This document shows positions 1 to 9,677 of a stretch of 64,000 nucleotides of DNA, one piece after another. Source of the DNA: Candidatus Latescibacterota bacterium (GTDB lineage: Bacteria; Latescibacterota; UBA2968). A model generated the notes under the pieces. The model had not been told where the DNA came from, made no database searches, and saw only the letters and a list, made by a program, of their open reading frames with translations. Positions within the stretch are counted from its first letter, which is position 1. Every line of letters begins with the position of its first letter. The stretch is from the NCBI GenBank assembly GCA_965222605.1, contig OZ244960.1:5696001-5760000 (forward strand), given 5' to 3'. A program made the position numbers and the translations under genes.

Positions 1-342
1 GTAGTCCGGTACGCCTCTCCGAACTTCCTCAAGGTTCTGACCTGTCGCCAGAGCGCGGACAGCGTCGGAGTATGAGGATGGCGGTTCCGCCAACTCGTAA
101 CCAAATACCATCGTCAGATGCGATTCAGGATCCGGAAGTTCGTCTATCCGATGCTCAATAATGACTTTAGCCGCTGCCTTTCGATCTTCATAAGACCTGT
201 CATTGAGTTTAGATACCAACTCAATGATTGAGATGGGAGAGTAACAGAGGTGCTCTCCAGGTTGTCTGACATCCTCAATGCGGATGCGATTCAGTCCTAT
301 GTCGTAAAGCACGTTCGTCTCAAGAATCACTGTCTTAGCCAT
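1..342 (-). CDS. PIN-like domain protein (3' end runs off the window)
   Basis: Not in the ORF track. Manual translation from ATG at 342, preceded by the RBS AAGGAG: MAKTVILETNVLYDIG...CYSPISIIELVSK..., open to base 1. VILETNVL and SxxSxxEL resemble PIN motifs, with E in place of the usual D. Confidence 0.6.
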   Translation of the reverse strand, partial: MAKTVILETNVLYDIGLNRIRIEDVRQPGEHLCYSPISIIELVSKLNDRSYEDRKAAAKVIIEHRIDELPDPESHLTMVFGYELAEPPSSYSDAVRALATGQNLEEVRRGVPDY

Positions 343-532
343 GTTGTGCTCCTTTTCGTTCACCTTCACGACGCAGGTTTTTGTGGGGAGAGATGGTGCT
401 TACCACACGACTGCAATCTTGTATTTCAGCGGCTTTCAAGCAGTCCATCAATTGGTTGAGGTTGCCACCACACTCTCCCATGAGTTTCTGCCTCGTCTGG
501 TGAATTTCTTCAACAATGGGATCGCGTTTCAA
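335..532 (-). CDS. Small hypothetical protein, probable antitoxin-like partner of a PIN toxin
   Basis: 65 aa, MKRDPIVEEIHQTRQKL..., a type of small protein seen directly downstream of PIN genes. Its start overlaps the stop of the PIN remnant. Confidence 0.55.
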   Translation of the reverse strand: MKRDPIVEEIHQTRQKLMGECGGNLNQLMDCLKAAEIQDCSRVVSTISPHKNLRREGERKGAQHG

Positions 533-690
533 AGTTCCCCTCCGGGCGTTTCCAAGAGTTCTTCTGGTATAACAATGATTGGGGTATGACGATGTAATTC
601 CGAATTGATGTCCATGAGCCGACGAATGACTGCGCCATTAGCAATATGGGCACAATTTCATGTTACCAGATAATCCATTGTGTATGCAAT
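529..690 (-). pseudogene. C-terminal remnant of a PIN (VapC-like) gene with an in-frame stop
   Basis: Translates as IAYTMDYLVT*NCAHIANGAVIRRLMDINSELHRHTPIIVIPEELL, matching the DYLxTWNCxHIAN...PxIxTPEEL PIN C-terminus. The Trp codon is TGA (658-660) and the N-terminal half is missing. Confidence 0.75.
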
Positions 691-732
691 AACAAAAGTG
701 AAAACCCTTTACACCCCCGTCCGCTTAGACAA

Positions 733-1782
733 TTATTGCTGGTTTGAAAGGTACTCTTCAGGTTTCAAGACGATAATGCCCAACCTATCTTGTAGTTCAG
801 AGGCAAAATGTAGAATTTTTTTATCCCATGTTAGAAAGTAATTTCTTCCATATCTATAGTGTGTGTGGACATGATCCCAATCTCGCCAATCTGGTCGACT
901 CTTTTCGTTCATTAGATCGAATTTCTTGGTGAAGATAGGAGATTTTAAAAATTCCCTAAATTCATTGTTTCCCGCCACATCAATACCTGGCTTCCAGTGA
1001 CCGAACCGAATAACTGAACCGATCTTTTGAATGTTTAGACTCGGAAGTTCATTGATCCTGCCAGCCAAGGGTAAATCAGGAATATCGTCATGAATTCTGT
1101 CTGTCACTGCGAGATCAATCTCAAATTTTTTGCCAAGCTCTAGTAATTTGTTTACATGTTCAACTTTATCTCGATTCTCCAACCGTTCTCTTACCACGTT
1201 GGTATCAAGAGTTACAGTTGGTGGCTTAATACTATTATCTATCAACACATTGCCTTCTGACTCAACGTAGATAAGCATCTGTGCCCCATGAGGATCAGGG
1301 AGGTAGATGCCGATTTGGATATCTGGGCGGATCGTTTGGGATTTGGGGATAATTTCATTAATATTTTTTAGCAAACCGCGCTGTATTTCCTTCACAATTT
1401 TAGTCTTATCAAGTATTGAATCCAGTCTCGTGGTCTCAGTTGAAGGTAAAGTAAGAAGGCCATCTATTTCGGCAAGTGTGACAGGCCGACCTATCTGCTC
1501 TTCTATTTGGGAACAAAGCTCTTTCTCAACATGCGATTGTACTTGCTTAAGATATTCCTGTAGAATCCCTTGTGGAGGGAAGCTTCCTAAAACCATGGAG
1601 ATTTTGATTTCGGGAATTGCCTCAACTTTCAAGTCCATAAGTCGCGGATTTTGATCTCTGAGTTTTGCTAACAAATCTTGAATTGCTTCTTGAGATGAGG
1701 CTTCATATTCAGCCATATCCCTATCGAATTCTGCTTTGAACTCTTGTATTGGAAATGATATTGGAAATGATTTATCCATCAT
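733..1782 (-). CDS. Protein with an unknown helical N-terminal region and a C-terminal PIN-like domain
   Basis: The C-terminal half carries VTLDTNVV...DWDHVHTH...YFLTWDKKI...VLKPEEYL. AT-rich. Start moved to MMDKS. Confidence 0.65.
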   Translation of the reverse strand: MMDKSFPISFPIQEFKAEFDRDMAEYEASSQEAIQDLLAKLRDQNPRLMDLKVEAIPEIKISMVLGSFPPQGILQEYLKQVQSHVEKELCSQIEEQIGRPVTLAEIDGLLTLPSTETTRLDSILDKTKIVKEIQRGLLKNINEIIPKSQTIRPDIQIGIYLPDPHGAQMLIYVESEGNVLIDNSIKPPTVTLDTNVVRERLENRDKVEHVNKLLELGKKFEIDLAVTDRIHDDIPDLPLAGRINELPSLNIQKIGSVIRFGHWKPGIDVAGNNEFREFLKSPIFTKKFDLMNEKSRPDWRDWDHVHTHYRYGRNYFLTWDKKILHFASELQDRLGIIVLKPEEYLSNQQ

Positions 1783-1783
1783 A

Positions 1784-2284
1784 TTATCCCAGATAAGCCC
1801 GAGGTTCATTGTCCGGTTCCAGAGCTTTCAGGTTTTTGTCTTTAGTCCAGATATGCACGCGCCAGCCTGGTCCTCGATATGTGGTGTTCTTGAGTCTGCG
1901 GGCTTCGTCGATTAAGGTGCTATCGCTTAAATCAATGCCCTGGATGACGTGATTATCGACAAAGCTCACGATCAGGTTTTTGAAGGTATCGAGTTGTTGA
2001 GAGGGGATGATCGTCCACGGCGCTCCCAGGTCGAGGCTCAATAGAACAGTATCTCGCACCTGTTCTGACAATGACCGACGTACGTTGCCGTTAGGGACAT
2101 CAGAGATGTGATTCGCTAATTCGTATATGGATGGTACAGTGACGAACAGACGTGCGCCACTTTTGGTAGCGGCGGCGATACGGCTTCTTATCTCATCTAT
2201 TGCTTCTTTAGTAGAGTAACCGGGAACGGCAAATATCTCCAGCAAATAACTCGTATCAATCACGTAAACTCGCGACAAATTCAT
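1784..2284 (-). CDS. PIN domain protein
   Basis: Acidic PIN motifs VYVIDTSYL, VPSIYELANH, DLSDSTLI and HIWTKDKNL. Its start overlaps the ATPase stop (ATGA). Confidence 0.75.
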   Translation of the reverse strand: MNLSRVYVIDTSYLLEIFAVPGYSTKEAIDEIRSRIAAATKSGARLFVTVPSIYELANHISDVPNGNVRRSLSEQVRDTVLLSLDLGAPWTIIPSQQLDTFKNLIVSFVDNHVIQGIDLSDSTLIDEARRLKNTTYRGPGWRVHIWTKDKNLKALEPDNEPRAYLG

Positions 2285-3561
2285 GCAAGAGCCTCAACCC
2301 ATTCCAGTACCTTTTGGCGTTGCCGTTCTTCAAACTCGGGCGCGAGATATTGCTCGATGACACGGCGCGATACGAGATCACCTAACTGTCCACGCTCGAG
2401 CAATTCATCGGATCTTGGCAAGCTGTCTAACTCGACAAGATCGGCGGCTTGCTTTTCCTCGCTCCAGGTACAAAGAACGACCCCTTTCATCTGCTCAGCA
2501 GTCAAATTGTTCATGGTAGCGGGATTATGCGTCGTAACAAGGACGCGGAGGTTACGCCGCTTAGTCGCTTCCACTATTGCAGAGGTGAGAACGCCCACCC
2601 GACTTGGATGAAGTCCATTATCAAACTCTTCCACAATAACATGCGAACCTTCCTGGACGGTCTCCAGGGCTGTCAGGATAGCGAGTGTTCGCAAGGTGCC
2701 GTCTGACAATAAACGGGCATCGACTTTGTAACCCGTTCTTTCGCGCAGACCGAAAATCACGTCGCCGAGATCCGTTGTCGTGAAGCGGAACTCTTCATAA
2801 GGCTCGTCTGGAATCTGACTTATTTGGAAGAGCAACCGATCTAACGAGGCTTTCTGTGTCTCGTCTCCAATGGAAAGCGAGTAAAGCACCGCCGATAGAT
2901 TCGCGCCATCTTTAGAGAGAATATTGTTCCCGATTCGCTCGTAGGTGTGCATTAATTTTGGATTTGGATCAAAGACAAAAGAAGCTTGCAAGTGGCGCAT
3001 GATTAATTGTACTAGCCCAACGCACTGCTTGAGGTTGCGATTTTTTCGTGCGATTTCTCGATACTGAGATAGGACGGAACGCTCTGACGAAGCCGTTGTT
3101 TGGGGTTTCTTTCCACCGCGGGCAAAGTTGTCATATATAACCTCTAAGTCGCGCGATGCTGACTTGGGGTCCTTAAGCAGCGTTTTATAGATTACGCGGT
3201 CACCAACTTTTAACTCTTCGTACTGTATTTGCGGATGCGGTTTAGTGCGAATGTGTACTCTATAGACAACTCGTTTGAGTGCACCATCGAACCTTACGGG
3301 AGCCCCAAACGCTAATGCAAAGACGTCTTGGCCCATATGACCACAAGCCTGAAGGCCCCCTCGAATCTGGAGACCGGTTTCGGCGCGACCAACGTCAGAA
3401 ATTTCATAGAGGGGCTGTCCTCGAGCGATAAAGGAAAGCAACTCGATTGCTTCGATGACGTTCGTCTTACCCGATCCGTTTGGTCCGATCAGCAGTATGA
3501 ATGGTCGCATCAGGTCAATGCCGACGCTGTCGAATCCTTTGAATTCAACGATGTGGTGCAT
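2281..3561 (-). CDS. ABC/AAA_21-family ATPase (AbiEii/OLD-type conflict ATPase)
   Basis: Walker A GPNGSGKT, ABC signature LSDGT, Walker B/D-loop IVEEFDNGLHP, H-loop TTHNP. No transmembrane segments. Confidence 0.85.
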   Translation of the reverse strand: MHHIVEFKGFDSVGIDLMRPFILLIGPNGSGKTNVIEAIELLSFIARGQPLYEISDVGRAETGLQIRGGLQACGHMGQDVFALAFGAPVRFDGALKRVVYRVHIRTKPHPQIQYEELKVGDRVIYKTLLKDPKSASRDLEVIYDNFARGGKKPQTTASSERSVLSQYREIARKNRNLKQCVGLVQLIMRHLQASFVFDPNPKLMHTYERIGNNILSKDGANLSAVLYSLSIGDETQKASLDRLLFQISQIPDEPYEEFRFTTTDLGDVIFGLRERTGYKVDARLLSDGTLRTLAILTALETVQEGSHVIVEEFDNGLHPSRVGVLTSAIVEATKRRNLRVLVTTHNPATMNNLTAEQMKGVVLCTWSEEKQAADLVELDSLPRSDELLERGQLGDLVSRRVIEQYLAPEFEERQRQKVLEWVEALA

Positions 3562-3594
3562 GGAGTAAGCCTTTTGGTATGCATAGCATAACGC

Positions 3595-5520
3595 TCAATA
3601 TTCAACGGGTTCTCGCGCAACAACGCGCTGGGCAGTTGCTGCAATTGCTTCGGGTGAGATGCCCGCTTCGTCGCGCAGCGCGCCTTGTGAGCCGTGTTGG
3701 AAAAAGCGATCGGGAATGCCCAGGGTGTACACGCGCTGGCCCGCTCGCATCTGGTCGCTTAAATAACGCGCAACACCCGATCCAAATCCGCCTTCAATGG
3801 TATTCTCTTCAACGGTAATCAAAACCTGATAGCGGTCGGCCAGATCGTCGAGCATTTCCAGGTCCATGGGTTTGACAAATCGGCAATTGATCACAGCGGC
3901 AGAAATGCCTGCTTCCAGGAGTTTTTCGCGCGCCTGACAGGCGTGATCTACCATTGTGCCCACTGCGAGAAACGCCAGATCCTCACCATCTGCCAATGCC
4001 TCCCACGAACCGATTTTCAAGACTTCGGGATCGCGCCCTGTAAGCGGGATATGCACATTGCCGCGCGGATACCGAATGGCAAAGGGGTTATCGACTTGCT
4101 GAACTGCTGTGTATAGCAAATCGCGCAATTCATCGCCGTCTTTTGGCGCGGTTACGATCATATTGGGCACACAGGTTAGGTAGGACAGATCAAAATCGCC
4201 GTGATGCGTGGGGCCATCTGCACCCACCAGTCCGGCGCGGTCCATGCAGAAAATCACCGGTGCCGACTGCAGGGCCACATCGTGAATGATCTGGTCGTAA
4301 GCCCGTTGCAAGAATGTGGAATAAATCGCTGCGACGGGGCGCATGCCCTCGAGCGCCATTCCGGTTGAAAACGTCACGGCGTGCTGTTCGGCAATGCCGA
4401 CATCAAAAAAGCGGTCGGGATGCGCTTCGGAAAAAATATCCAGACTCGTGCCTTCGGACATCGCGGCTGTCACGCCTACAATGCGGCTGTCATTATTGGC
4501 AAGCTCGATCATTGCCTCGCCAAAAACCGTCTGATATTTGGGCAGCGGCGTTTTGGGCGATGGCGGGCTGATCGAATGGTATTTTATCGAATCGACACCA
4601 TACGGGTCTTCCTCTTCTTCTTGAATCGCGCCCTTGCCCTTGATGGTGTGGATGTGCAATAGCACCGGTCCCTTCAAATCCCGCACATTTTTCAGGGTTT
4701 TTACCATCTCTTCCAAATTATTGCCATCCAGAGGTCCCAGGTACAGAAATCCCAGTTCTTCAAAAAGAATGCCCGGAACTAACAGGCCCTTTAACCCCTC
4801 TTCGAATCCACTCAGTGCATGGCGCAAATTTGTGCCGACAACGGGAATGCGCCCGGCCAAATTCCAGATTTCTCTTTTGATTTTTTTGTAAAGCGGATCG
4901 TTTGTAATGCGATCTCTAAGGCGATTGTAAATCGGATCGGTAATAATGCGCGTCAAATAATGCGAAATAGCACCGACATTGGGCGAGATTGACATGCGAT
5001 TGTCATTGAGAATGACAAGCAAATCGCGGTTGGATGCACCGGCATTGTTCAGCCCCTCAAGCGAAATACCACTGGTCATGGCACCATCGCCAATAACGGC
5101 GACTACTTTGTGTTTTTCGCCCATCAAATCGCGCTGTGTCGCAAATCCCAATGCTGCGGAAATTGATGTGCCCGCATGTCCTACGGCAAATGTGTCGTAC
5201 GGGCTCTCTGTTCGCAGCGGGAAACCGCTGATGCCACCCGGCTGACGAATAGTCTTGAGTGCTTCGCGCCGTCCGGTAAGCACCTTGTGCCCGTAAGCCT
5301 GATGCCCCACATCCCACACAATTTTGTCCTGAGGCGTGTTGTATAGATGATGCAAAGCTACCGTTAATTCTGCAGCCCCCAGGCTGGATCCGAAATGTCC
5401 ACCTATCTCTGTCACTACGTCAATGATATATTGCCGCAATTCTGTACAGACTTGATGCAATTCTTCTATTGACAGGGACTTTAAGTCGTCAGGTGAATTG
5501 ATTGTTTCGAGAAGGGACAT
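3595..5520 (-). CDS. dxs: 1-deoxy-D-xylulose-5-phosphate synthase
   Basis: Motifs GGHFGSSLG, WDVGHQAY, GDGAMTSG...NDN, GIAEQHA and DRAGLVGADGPTH. Start at MSLLETINSP. Confidence 0.97.
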   Translation of the reverse strand: MSLLETINSPDDLKSLSIEELHQVCTELRQYIIDVVTEIGGHFGSSLGAAELTVALHHLYNTPQDKIVWDVGHQAYGHKVLTGRREALKTIRQPGGISGFPLRTESPYDTFAVGHAGTSISAALGFATQRDLMGEKHKVVAVIGDGAMTSGISLEGLNNAGASNRDLLVILNDNRMSISPNVGAISHYLTRIITDPIYNRLRDRITNDPLYKKIKREIWNLAGRIPVVGTNLRHALSGFEEGLKGLLVPGILFEELGFLYLGPLDGNNLEEMVKTLKNVRDLKGPVLLHIHTIKGKGAIQEEEEDPYGVDSIKYHSISPPSPKTPLPKYQTVFGEAMIELANNDSRIVGVTAAMSEGTSLDIFSEAHPDRFFDVGIAEQHAVTFSTGMALEGMRPVAAIYSTFLQRAYDQIIHDVALQSAPVIFCMDRAGLVGADGPTHHGDFDLSYLTCVPNMIVTAPKDGDELRDLLYTAVQQVDNPFAIRYPRGNVHIPLTGRDPEVLKIGSWEALADGEDLAFLAVGTMVDHACQAREKLLEAGISAAVINCRFVKPMDLEMLDDLADRYQVLITVEENTIEGGFGSGVARYLSDQMRAGQRVYTLGIPDRFFQHGSQGALRDEAGISPEAIAATAQRVVAREPVEY

Positions 5521-5626
5521 GATGTCTCTCCTTGTGACAGGGTCAGTAATGCTATTCGCAACACATATGCAATATAACCAACACCCCAAAAATCACAAAG
5601 TTCTAAAAAAAGAAACGATAAATACA

Positions 5627-5663
5627 AAATCGGGCATGCGGAGTCATTCGATATGCCCGATTT
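5627..5663 (-). terminator. Probable intrinsic terminator after the SDR gene
   Basis: 11-bp stem AAATCGGGCAT...ATGCCCGATTT followed by a T-rich tail on the minus strand. Confidence 0.55.
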
Positions 5664-5688
5664 GTCATTGTGCGACACCTTATCGCGC

Positions 5689-6468
5689 TCAAAAAGCCGT
5701 GGGTCTTCCCTGTGCGCCATCTACGGGAATGGACGCGCCATTGATCCAGCTCGCGCGGTCGGATGAGAGAAATACGACGACATCGGCGACTTCGAAGTCC
5801 GTGCCGAGTCGCTGTGCGGGAAATTCGCGCGTGCGGAATATTTCGTATTCTTCCGGCGTTTCGTTTTGGAAGCGCGCCCAACCGCCGCCGGGGAAAAGAA
5901 GCGAGCCCGGACAGATAGTGTTGACGCGGATGTTGTGCGCTGCCAATTCCCACGCAAGCGCGCCGGCGAGAAATATCTCAGCCGCTTTGGTTGCGCCGTA
6001 TTGCGCGCCTCTGTTTGCTGGTTTCCAGCCCGAGATGGAAGAGATGGTGACAATACTGCCGCCATTTCTTTTTTTCATGTGAGGAACAGCCGTGCGGCTG
6101 GCGCGAACCGCGTGAAAAAGGTTGAGGTCAAAGGTTTGCTGCCAATCGGCGTCTGTGGAGGTGAGCAGTTCGCGCGATCCCGCTGTGCCGCCCACATTGT
6201 TGACGAGGATATCAACGCCGCCGAGTGCATCTGCGGCTGCATTGACAAATCGCTCGGTTTCGCCGGGTTCGGCTACATCGAGCGCGAGTCCAAATACCTC
6301 GACATCGTGTGCGCGAATTTCTTCGAGAGTTTTGTCAATGCCCGCTTGCCCGCGCGCACACAAGGCGATATTGCAACCTTCTGCGGCAAATCGCAATGCA
6401 GTTGCCCGACCAATGCCGCGACTGCCCCCGGTGATGAGGGCGACTTTGTCGGTGAGATTGAGGTCCAT
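5689..6468 (-). CDS. Short-chain dehydrogenase/reductase (FabG-like)
   Basis: TGGSRGIG, NNVG, catalytic YGATK, VDG near the C-terminus. Confidence 0.92.
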   Translation of the reverse strand: MDLNLTDKVALITGGSRGIGRATALRFAAEGCNIALCARGQAGIDKTLEEIRAHDVEVFGLALDVAEPGETERFVNAAADALGGVDILVNNVGGTAGSRELLTSTDADWQQTFDLNLFHAVRASRTAVPHMKKRNGGSIVTISSISGWKPANRGAQYGATKAAEIFLAGALAWELAAHNIRVNTICPGSLLFPGGGWARFQNETPEEYEIFRTREFPAQRLGTDFEVADVVVFLSSDRASWINGASIPVDGAQGRPTAF

Positions 6469-6479
6469 GATCAAATCCT

Positions 6480-7618
6480 TCAATCCTGTTCAACCTTCGG
6501 TGGGTTGGCAAAGTCGTGATAGCGCTCGCGGATATTGCCGTCGGTAGCGTCGCCTTTGTGGAAATAATAGCGATAAATGCCCACGAGCGACTCGCCCTGC
6601 GAGAGTGTGTGATGCCCGCGCTGGCTTTCATCGCCGTAGAAATGCGAGTGTCCAAAAGGGTTGGCTGTCATCAACCCGTAATTGCGTACGTGCCAGTGCG
6701 TGGGGTGTCGAAAGCTGTCGGGGTGATCCATGATCGCGACGCCTGTAATATTGCCATTTACCGGACCTGAGTAATGGCACCACGGCGCGCGTTTTCCCCA
6801 GGTTTCGTCCTCATCAATGCCGCCAATGCCATTTTCGATTTTGCCGCCCAGGTCGCGTTTGACTTCCATTGTTTCTTCCACCCGTATAGAGGCGAGACCG
6901 CCTTCTTTTGTGTCGCCGAATAACACATCCATATTTCGGGCGGTGAGCGTCAGGTACAAATCCATGATTCGCACGGAGGAGGGCGTGTTGTACACAATCC
7001 ACTCTGCGCGCTGATCCAAAATCTCGCGATTTCTGCCCGGAGGCCCTGTCCAACCATCCATGCCCACCCAGTCGCTATTCGATACAATTCGCCCCAATAC
7101 GGGGCCGCTTTCGAGCAATTCAAAGTCCCGATGCAAAATCCGCCCGTGAGATTCGCCTTCTGACCAGTTGTCTGCGCCATTCACTTCGCCGTGTGCAATC
7201 CAGACCGAGCGATGGTGGTGGTGATCCATTTCTCGCCCATCTGCTGGCGTAGCCAACCGTCGCGTTACCGGATCGCCATAAGGCCCAATTACGGGATATA
7301 AAAGCGGGCGGGCGAGTTCTTTGCCATGACAATAGGTCGTAAAATGTTGGCCTCCAAGCGATATAGACACTTCATTTTCACCTTGTGTGACTTCCACACC
7401 GCGCTCGCGACCTTTTGGTTCTTGTCCTATTGCAAGTTCGTATTCAGCGGTCTTTCCCGCTTCGAGATTATCACGGGCGTTATCTGACAGGGAACTTCTG
7501 CATCTCCCGTGCTCAAGGTCGCCGTTGTGGCGCTTTCTGGTGTTTCTACCATCGCCAAAACCGGACAGTTGATCCGATTGTGAGGGCCTGCGTGAACGGC
7601 CAGTTTTACTGTTGCCAT
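6480..7618 (-). pseudogene. DUF6807 ('PmoA family') protein, frameshifted near 7470-7490
   Basis: A start with RBS GGAGG at 7618 gives MATVKLAVHAGPHNRINCPV...VPCQ, which stops at 7427. The family body (YPVIGP, DHHHHRSVWIAHG, DTKEGG, WHVRNYGLMTANPFG) lies in another frame ending at 6480. Confidence 0.7.
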
Positions 7619-7708
7619 TGTTATCCTCCGAAAAATTGATATAAGAATACATGTCGTGTATGAGGTTACGAAATCCATTGCCAAAGTCAAGCCTTTCGCA
7701 CAAAGCCG

Positions 7709-7737
7709 TTGACATACCCCATGGGGGCAATTATCAT
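7709..7737 (+). promoter_or_regulatory. Sigma70-type promoter for the epimerase operon
   Basis: TTGACA-17 nt-TATCAT, about 45 bp upstream of ATG 7782. Confidence 0.7.
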
Positions 7738-7781
7738 AGGACCGAAAATCGTCATTTTTATAATCCATCTGGAGATTTATA

Positions 7782-8708
7782 ATGTCCATTCTCGTCACCG
7801 GAGGCTCTGGCTTTGTCGGTTCCTGGGTCGCCAAACTCCTCGCCGAAGAGGGCGAAGACGTCATCGCTTTTGATATGTTTGAACGGCGCGACGATTTTTT
7901 GTCACATGTGTCGGATCGCATCACCTTTGTTGAAGGCAATATCCTGGGCCTTGCACATATTAATGAGATTGTGCGCAACAACCCCGATCTCACGGGTATT
8001 GTTCATACTGCCGCGCTTTTGGGGGGAGATGTGCGCGACAATCCCCATTTTGCGACACAGGTGAATGTGGGGGGGACGCACAATATCCTCGAAGTTGCGC
8101 GACAGGTTGGCGGTCTGAATGTCGTCTATGTATCCAGCGGTGCGGTTTATGGCAAGCAAGAAGGACCACTGACGGAAGACACCCCCATGATTCCCAGCGA
8201 TCCCTATGGCGCGACCAAGGCCATGTCGGAACATCTCTGTCATCAGTATTATGCGACTTATGGCGTCGATGTTTTGTGCGCCCGTATCTTTTTTTTATAT
8301 GGTCCTCCCAATGCACCCGGCCCGGATGCGGGCTTTAATACGCGCATTTTTGCCGGGCTGAGCGGGCAGGATGTGAACCTGCTAAAGGGCCGCGAACAAA
8401 AGGCCGATTGGACTTATATCGAAGATGCCGTACGGGGTGTTTTGCTCATGCTCAGGGCGACAAATGTCGCCAGTCGATCTTTTAATATTGCCACGGGCAC
8501 GTACAATCCCATTGACGAAATTATCGAAGTCGTGAGGCGGCATTCGCCGGGCAATCCCCGATATGAAGTTGGTCCAGGCGTCAACCTCGAGCGCGGCGCG
8601 CCACTCGATATTACTCTTGCCAGAGACCAACTCGGTTACGAACCCAGATACGATCTCGATTCCGGTGTGCGGGCTTACCGCGCCTGGTTTGATCAACAGC
8701 GTGCGTAA
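7782..8708 (+). CDS. NAD-dependent epimerase/dehydratase (extended SDR)
   Basis: TGGSGFVG, SSGAVYG, YGATK. Confidence 0.9.
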   Translation: MSILVTGGSGFVGSWVAKLLAEEGEDVIAFDMFERRDDFLSHVSDRITFVEGNILGLAHINEIVRNNPDLTGIVHTAALLGGDVRDNPHFATQVNVGGTHNILEVARQVGGLNVVYVSSGAVYGKQEGPLTEDTPMIPSDPYGATKAMSEHLCHQYYATYGVDVLCARIFFLYGPPNAPGPDAGFNTRIFAGLSGQDVNLLKGREQKADWTYIEDAVRGVLLMLRATNVASRSFNIATGTYNPIDEIIEVVRRHSPGNPRYEVGPGVNLERGAPLDITLARDQLGYEPRYDLDSGVRAYRAWFDQQRA

Positions 8709-8724
8709 ATAACAGGAGAAGACA

Positions 8725-9663
8725 ATGCCAAACAAAACCCTTCGCTACTTAGACGATGGCAGCATTGAACTGTTTGAACAGGTGGTGCCCGACCCCGGCG
8801 AGAACGAAGTGCAAATTGAGGGCGGCGCGTGTGGGATATGTTCGTGGGATGTGGTTACGGCCAAACTCGGCAATCAAATGCACCCTATGGCACCGCCGGG
8901 GCACGAAGGCGTTGGTTATGTCGCCAAAATAGGTGCTGGTGTCACGGGTTTCAAAGAGGGCGACCGGGTCGCTGGCGGCGGTTTTGCCAATATCCGAAAC
9001 TTATCCGCACAGCGCGTTTTCAAGATCCCGGAATCCGATTTGCCTGACGAATACTGGATTGTTGAACCCGTGTCCTGTGCCGTCACGGGTATTGACCATT
9101 GCCAGATTCAGCCGGGCAATCGCATTGTGGTCATAGGCTGTGGATTTATGGGGTTGTTGATCTTGCAAGGGCTTCTGCGTTATCCCCTCGACGATTTGAT
9201 CGTTCTGGATATTGTGCAAAGCCGTCTGGATCTCGCGCAACAACTCGGTGTTGGCGAGGTGTATAACACGGCTCAGGTTGACCTCTCCGATCTATCGCGC
9301 GAACTCAAGAGCAGAGAGATTGACGTGGTTGTCGATACCTCTGGCAGCCAGGCTGGTCTGGATCTATCTACCGATATTGTGAAACGCGGCGGGCGCATCA
9401 ATCTCTTTGGATGGCTCAAAGGTCAGAGGGCCTCCTTTGACCCCACAAAGTGGCATTTGGGGGGATTTACCGTTGTCAATTCCGCGCCAGCTTCAAAACT
9501 GCGAGATACTTTTGACCCTGCGATTCGCCTCATTCACAAAGGCATTATAGATCTCAAACCGCTGGTGACGCATACGGCAACACTCGGAGATTATCCTTCT
9601 TTGATGGCGCAAATTGTAGCGGGCGATGAGAGCTATATCAAAGGAGTTGTGACGCTCAAATAG
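8725..9663 (+). CDS. Zinc-binding dehydrogenase (MDR family)
   Basis: CGICSWD, GHEGVG, VEPVSC, GCGFMG. The structural-zinc lobe is absent. Confidence 0.88.
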   Translation: MPNKTLRYLDDGSIELFEQVVPDPGENEVQIEGGACGICSWDVVTAKLGNQMHPMAPPGHEGVGYVAKIGAGVTGFKEGDRVAGGGFANIRNLSAQRVFKIPESDLPDEYWIVEPVSCAVTGIDHCQIQPGNRIVVIGCGFMGLLILQGLLRYPLDDLIVLDIVQSRLDLAQQLGVGEVYNTAQVDLSDLSRELKSREIDVVVDTSGSQAGLDLSTDIVKRGGRINLFGWLKGQRASFDPTKWHLGGFTVVNSAPASKLRDTFDPAIRLIHKGIIDLKPLVTHTATLGDYPSLMAQIVAGDESYIKGVVTLK

Positions 9664-9677
9664 AATATGGGGTGATT

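Noticed and set aside
658-660. TGA at a conserved Trp position, as evidence of an alternative genetic code
   Set aside because: Many intact genes here end in TGA (e.g. 19795, 46243, 48540), and this fragment also lacks its 5' half. It is a pseudogene.
6480-7618. Particulate methane monooxygenase (from the 'PmoA family' label)
   Set aside because: The protein is soluble with no TM helices and there is no pmoCAB context. The label on this family is misleading.
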